From Thermococci archaeon (GTDB lineage: Archaea > Hadarchaeota > B88-G9), in assembly GCA_003660555.1 (NCBI GenBank), contig QMUK01000003.1:7992-39991 (forward strand): 32,000 bases of DNA. Reading direction: 5' to 3'. Position numbers and translations under genes: made by a program. Below the pieces are notes generated by a model. It worked only from the letters and a program-made list of their open reading frames with translations, was not told the DNA's origin and searched no databases. Of the stretch, positions 29,966 to 32,000 are shown one piece after another (position 1 is the first letter of the stretch; the number at the start of each line of letters is the position of its first letter).

Positions 29966-30140
29966 AGACAATAAGAATATTGTTTTGATTTATTTGTCTG
30001 AAAAGACCGTCTTAAGCATAGTGGATTGGGTCGTCAAGAAGGAATTAGAGATACTTACGATGTGCTTTGGAGTTTCCAACTCCTCACGGAAACATTGATA
30101 AGTCGCAACATTCACATCACTTATAATAATGAGAGGTTCT

Positions 30141-30194
30141 GCGACATCATCTCTGTCTATGAGAGATCAATCCCAGAGAGCATGATGGAGTCGC
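30141..30194. repeat. imperfect 54-nt palindrome (GCGAC-ATCAT-CTCT ... AGAG-c-ATGAT-gga-GTCGC) with an inner 6-bp hairpin ATCTCT/AGAGAT
   Basis: Hand pairing gives 41-45/90-94, 46-50/82-86 and 51-54/77-80. The alternative inner stem is 30149-54/30162-67. Confidence 0.45.
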
Positions 30195-30329
30195 ATTAGC
30201 TATATCTCCTACACTGTAGTTCTACGATTAGATAAGAGACCTCTATTTTGCCTACCAAGCAATTACTGAGTTAGAGCTACTTTTGATGTAGACTTCCATA
30301 GCACCGAGCTCCCCATAATTGAACTTTTG

Positions 30330-31901
30330 CTACACCTCTACTTCCTCTATTTTTATATCCATCGGCTCGAGAGGTCTATCTACATCCACTCCTCTCTTGA
30401 TTGCCCATCTTCTTATGCTACGTATGACCAATCTTGAGCCCAATTTTGCAAGAGGTGCGAAAATCAAGAAGTTCGGATTACCTCTAGTTACCATCTTCAA
30501 ACCGTGGTCTACCTCCCACACGAGATGCCTCCATGCATGATAGATGTGCAGAATCCTTCCTTTTGTAAGGTGTTCCTCAATATTGAAGAATTCCCCCTCT
30601 TTTAAGCTACCCATCGGAACAAAAGCTAGCGGAGTTACAGTAAAATGTGCTCTCTTACCCAATTTCTCTTTTAACTTCTTTTCCATTGTTATTATCAGTC
30701 TCGCAGTCTCTATTCCATCCTCATCGGTTTCCCAAGGCAAACCAACTATAGTGGTATATGCCGGGAACCAGAAAAACTTATTAAATGCATAGGTCCCGTT
30801 CAATAAAACCCAAGGCCACTCTTCTGCGCTGAATGGTTTCATCTTGTTGTTCGCAAGCTTTTTTATCAGCTCTGGAGACGCCGTTTCAAATCCTACCTGT
30901 ATGCCAATCCATCTGTTTATTCCCGCATGGTTTAGTTCGGAAACCCTTTTAAGAATCCTTGGAGCAGCAAGCGCACCCGCTACTGTTCCGTGAGTAGGGT
31001 TTGCGAACTCTGCCTTCTCAAGAACCCTTTCGAAGAGCTCTATTACTGCATCTTCATTCGGATGGAAATTTCTTCTATCTTCGACCATGTAATTAAAGAT
31101 ATCCTCGCTGTGGAGCCATATCTTTTTCTGCCCAACTTTCAGATTAACTTCAACCTCTTCCATTATTCTTTCCATGGGATAGAATCTTGCTACCCTCAAA
31201 TTCGGAGAGCAGAACTTGCATCCTCTGCCACATCCACGCATGACCTCTACCATTCCTTTATAGGTTGGATTTACAATCGGAGGTATTTCATCAACCTTTG
31301 GCCATGTTTTGATCTCTATAAATTTGTCCACTCCCCCACTCTCTATATCCCTGAAAACATCTCCTATTACATGTTCCACCTCTCCAGATATCACATGGTC
31401 TATGCCTAATTCCTCGGTCAAATCCTGCTTTAATTTCAACTGCCACCCTGCCTGACCTCCAATGACAATCTTGAATTTGTATCTCTTTCTTTCCCTATAG
31501 TCTCTCAACCTCTTTATAAAGGAGGTAAAAAGGTATTTCGAATAGGATGTTTTCTTTCCACCACCAGTAAACATTAAGGTTACAGGTCCCAAGCCATAAG
31601 GGTCCATTGTGTGTACTCCAACTATTGTAGTTTTCTCGTCTATGAATTTTTCAACCTTTTTTGGATGGGCAACAACAATATCTTCTTTCTTAAAACCATG
31701 TCTGAGTAGCGCTGCTTCCACCTTTCTTATTGCATACGGAGCCTGAATTAGTTTGCCATCATCGTCTGGAAGTTGGGTATCCAGAATTTTGTAGATGAAG
31801 TGAGGTAAATCCTCAACAGGTGCACACGGTAAAAAGTCGAGCAAAGGTATATTCCTAAAGGTAGAGGTCAAACTCGGGTCAGAGGTTAGGACAATTCTCA
31901 T
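30330..31901 (-). CDS. radical SAM enzyme with N-terminal B12-binding-like (Rossmann) domain (COG1032-like); substrate unknown
   Basis: 523 aa. VEVMRGCGRGCKFCSP contains the canonical CxxxCxxC radical-SAM cluster motif about 215 aa from the N-terminus. It is preceded by an alternating beta/alpha domain (IVVAHPKK..TIVGVHTMDPYG..KIVIGGQAG). AGAGGAGG SD lies 6-8 nt upstream of the ATG. Confidence 0.7.
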   Translation of the reverse strand: MRIVLTSDPSLTSTFRNIPLLDFLPCAPVEDLPHFIYKILDTQLPDDDGKLIQAPYAIRKVEAALLRHGFKKEDIVVAHPKKVEKFIDEKTTIVGVHTMDPYGLGPVTLMFTGGGKKTSYSKYLFTSFIKRLRDYRERKRYKFKIVIGGQAGWQLKLKQDLTEELGIDHVISGEVEHVIGDVFRDIESGGVDKFIEIKTWPKVDEIPPIVNPTYKGMVEVMRGCGRGCKFCSPNLRVARFYPMERIMEEVEVNLKVGQKKIWLHSEDIFNYMVEDRRNFHPNEDAVIELFERVLEKAEFANPTHGTVAGALAAPRILKRVSELNHAGINRWIGIQVGFETASPELIKKLANNKMKPFSAEEWPWVLLNGTYAFNKFFWFPAYTTIVGLPWETDEDGIETARLIITMEKKLKEKLGKRAHFTVTPLAFVPMGSLKEGEFFNIEEHLTKGRILHIYHAWRHLVWEVDHGLKMVTRGNPNFLIFAPLAKLGSRLVIRSIRRWAIKRGVDVDRPLEPMDIKIEEVEV

Positions 31902-31967
31902 TTTAATCCTCCTCTGGTTTTCCAGTCTTATTGACGGACCTCTTCAATTTAGGGTTTGTGTTTTTTG

Positions 31968-31975
31968 TTATATAT
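31968..31975 (-). promoter_or_regulatory. TATA-like element (ATATATAA) upstream of the radical SAM gene
   Basis: The minus strand reads gggagtacATATATAAcaaaaaac, about 70 nt upstream of ATG 31901. This leaves a roughly 40-nt leader carrying the GGAGG SD. Confidence 0.4.
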
Positions 31976-32000
31976 GTACTCCCCCGTTCTTTTCCTGTGC

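Larger units (their letters stand above)
29290..30300 (+). other. ORF-poor, plus-strand purine-rich stretch with short protein-like fragments in all three plus frames; a decayed gene or genes, or non-coding
   Basis: Hand translation gives 20-65 codon open stretches that hop between frames, for example EKMENAVNVVKEKIGEDVVATSLY, HDKGIVLSLWKDHGFNIPDRTWERSKKA, and the 60-aa ORF at 29916..30098. Purine excess is on the plus strand, the opposite of all flanking genes. Confidence 0.3.

Noticed and set aside
29866-30094. Replication-origin idea: TTCCAGATAGGACTTGGG (29903-29920) and GTTTCCAACTCCTCACGGAAAC (30073-30094) loosely resemble ORB/mini-ORB dyads (TTCCA..TGGAA + G-string)
   Set aside because: These are single partial matches only. 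There are no inverted ORB pairs flanking an A/T-rich unwinding element, and no orc1/cdc6 gene is adjacent. The matches are within chance for this composition.
30003-30176. Minus-strand open stretch SLIDRDDVAEPLIIISDVNVATYQCFREELETPKHIVSISNSFLTT, with a pattern vaguely like the Cas2 N-terminus (hydrophobic-YDV ... QNSVF)
   Set aside because: The similarity is pattern-level only, with few identities. There is no start codon in context, no CRISPR array or other cas genes nearby, and an equally long open stretch exists on the opposite strand. This is not supportable without a profile search.

Overview
This is an archaeal chromosome segment. The organism looks thermophilic: the RNA genes are very G+C-rich, while the coding DNA is A+T- and purine-rich with proteins rich in Glu, Lys, Arg and Ile. 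It looks euryarchaeote-like for three reasons: EF-1alpha has the short '[10 protein letters not shown]' form without the 11-aa TACK/eukaryote insertion, RpoB is unsplit, and 5S rRNA is linked to tRNA-Asp as in Thermococcales.

Positions 1-28474 form one continuous minus-strand array of about 50 core information-processing genes with no spacer longer than 44 nt. In transcription order it reads: 5S rRNA, tRNA-Asp, tRNA-Lys, rpoH-rpoB-rpoA'-rpoA'', L30e, nusA, S12, S7, EF-1alpha, S10, tRNA-Ser, archease, RtcB, a SPOUT/DUF171 methyltransferase, then L3-L4-L23-L2-S19-L22-S3-L29-aIF1(SUI1)-Rpp29-S17-L14-L24-S4e-L5-S14-S8-L6-L32e-L19e-L18-S5-L30-L15-SecY-DUF106(YidC-like)-L34e-cmk (cut by the window edge). 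The canonical adk (after secY) and EF-2 (between S7 and EF-1alpha) are absent from their usual positions.

The only non-core part is 28.5-32 kb. It holds a small 3-TM membrane protein with its own TATA box, an ORF-poor region of about 1.46 kb (28870-30329), and an orphan radical-SAM gene with a B12-binding-like domain. The ORF-poor region contains frameshifted ORF fragments on both strands, a strand-composition switch, a recurring GATAGGA heptamer and several imperfect tandem or inverted repeats.

I see no CRISPR array, no intact transposase or integrase, no recognisable defence system, and no convincing new multi-gene system. The most interesting observations are organisational:
- Stable-RNA genes abut mRNA ribosome-binding sites, at tRNA-Lys/rpoH and at tRNA-Ser/archease.
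- RpoH carries a phased, basic N-terminal extension of about 60 aa.
- TTG starts backed by extended Shine-Dalgarno sites are unusually frequent.
- The 28.9-30.3 kb region is decayed and repeat-rich.

All long plus-strand ORFs between 1.7 and 27.5 kb are antisense shadow ORFs of the purine-rich minus-strand genes.
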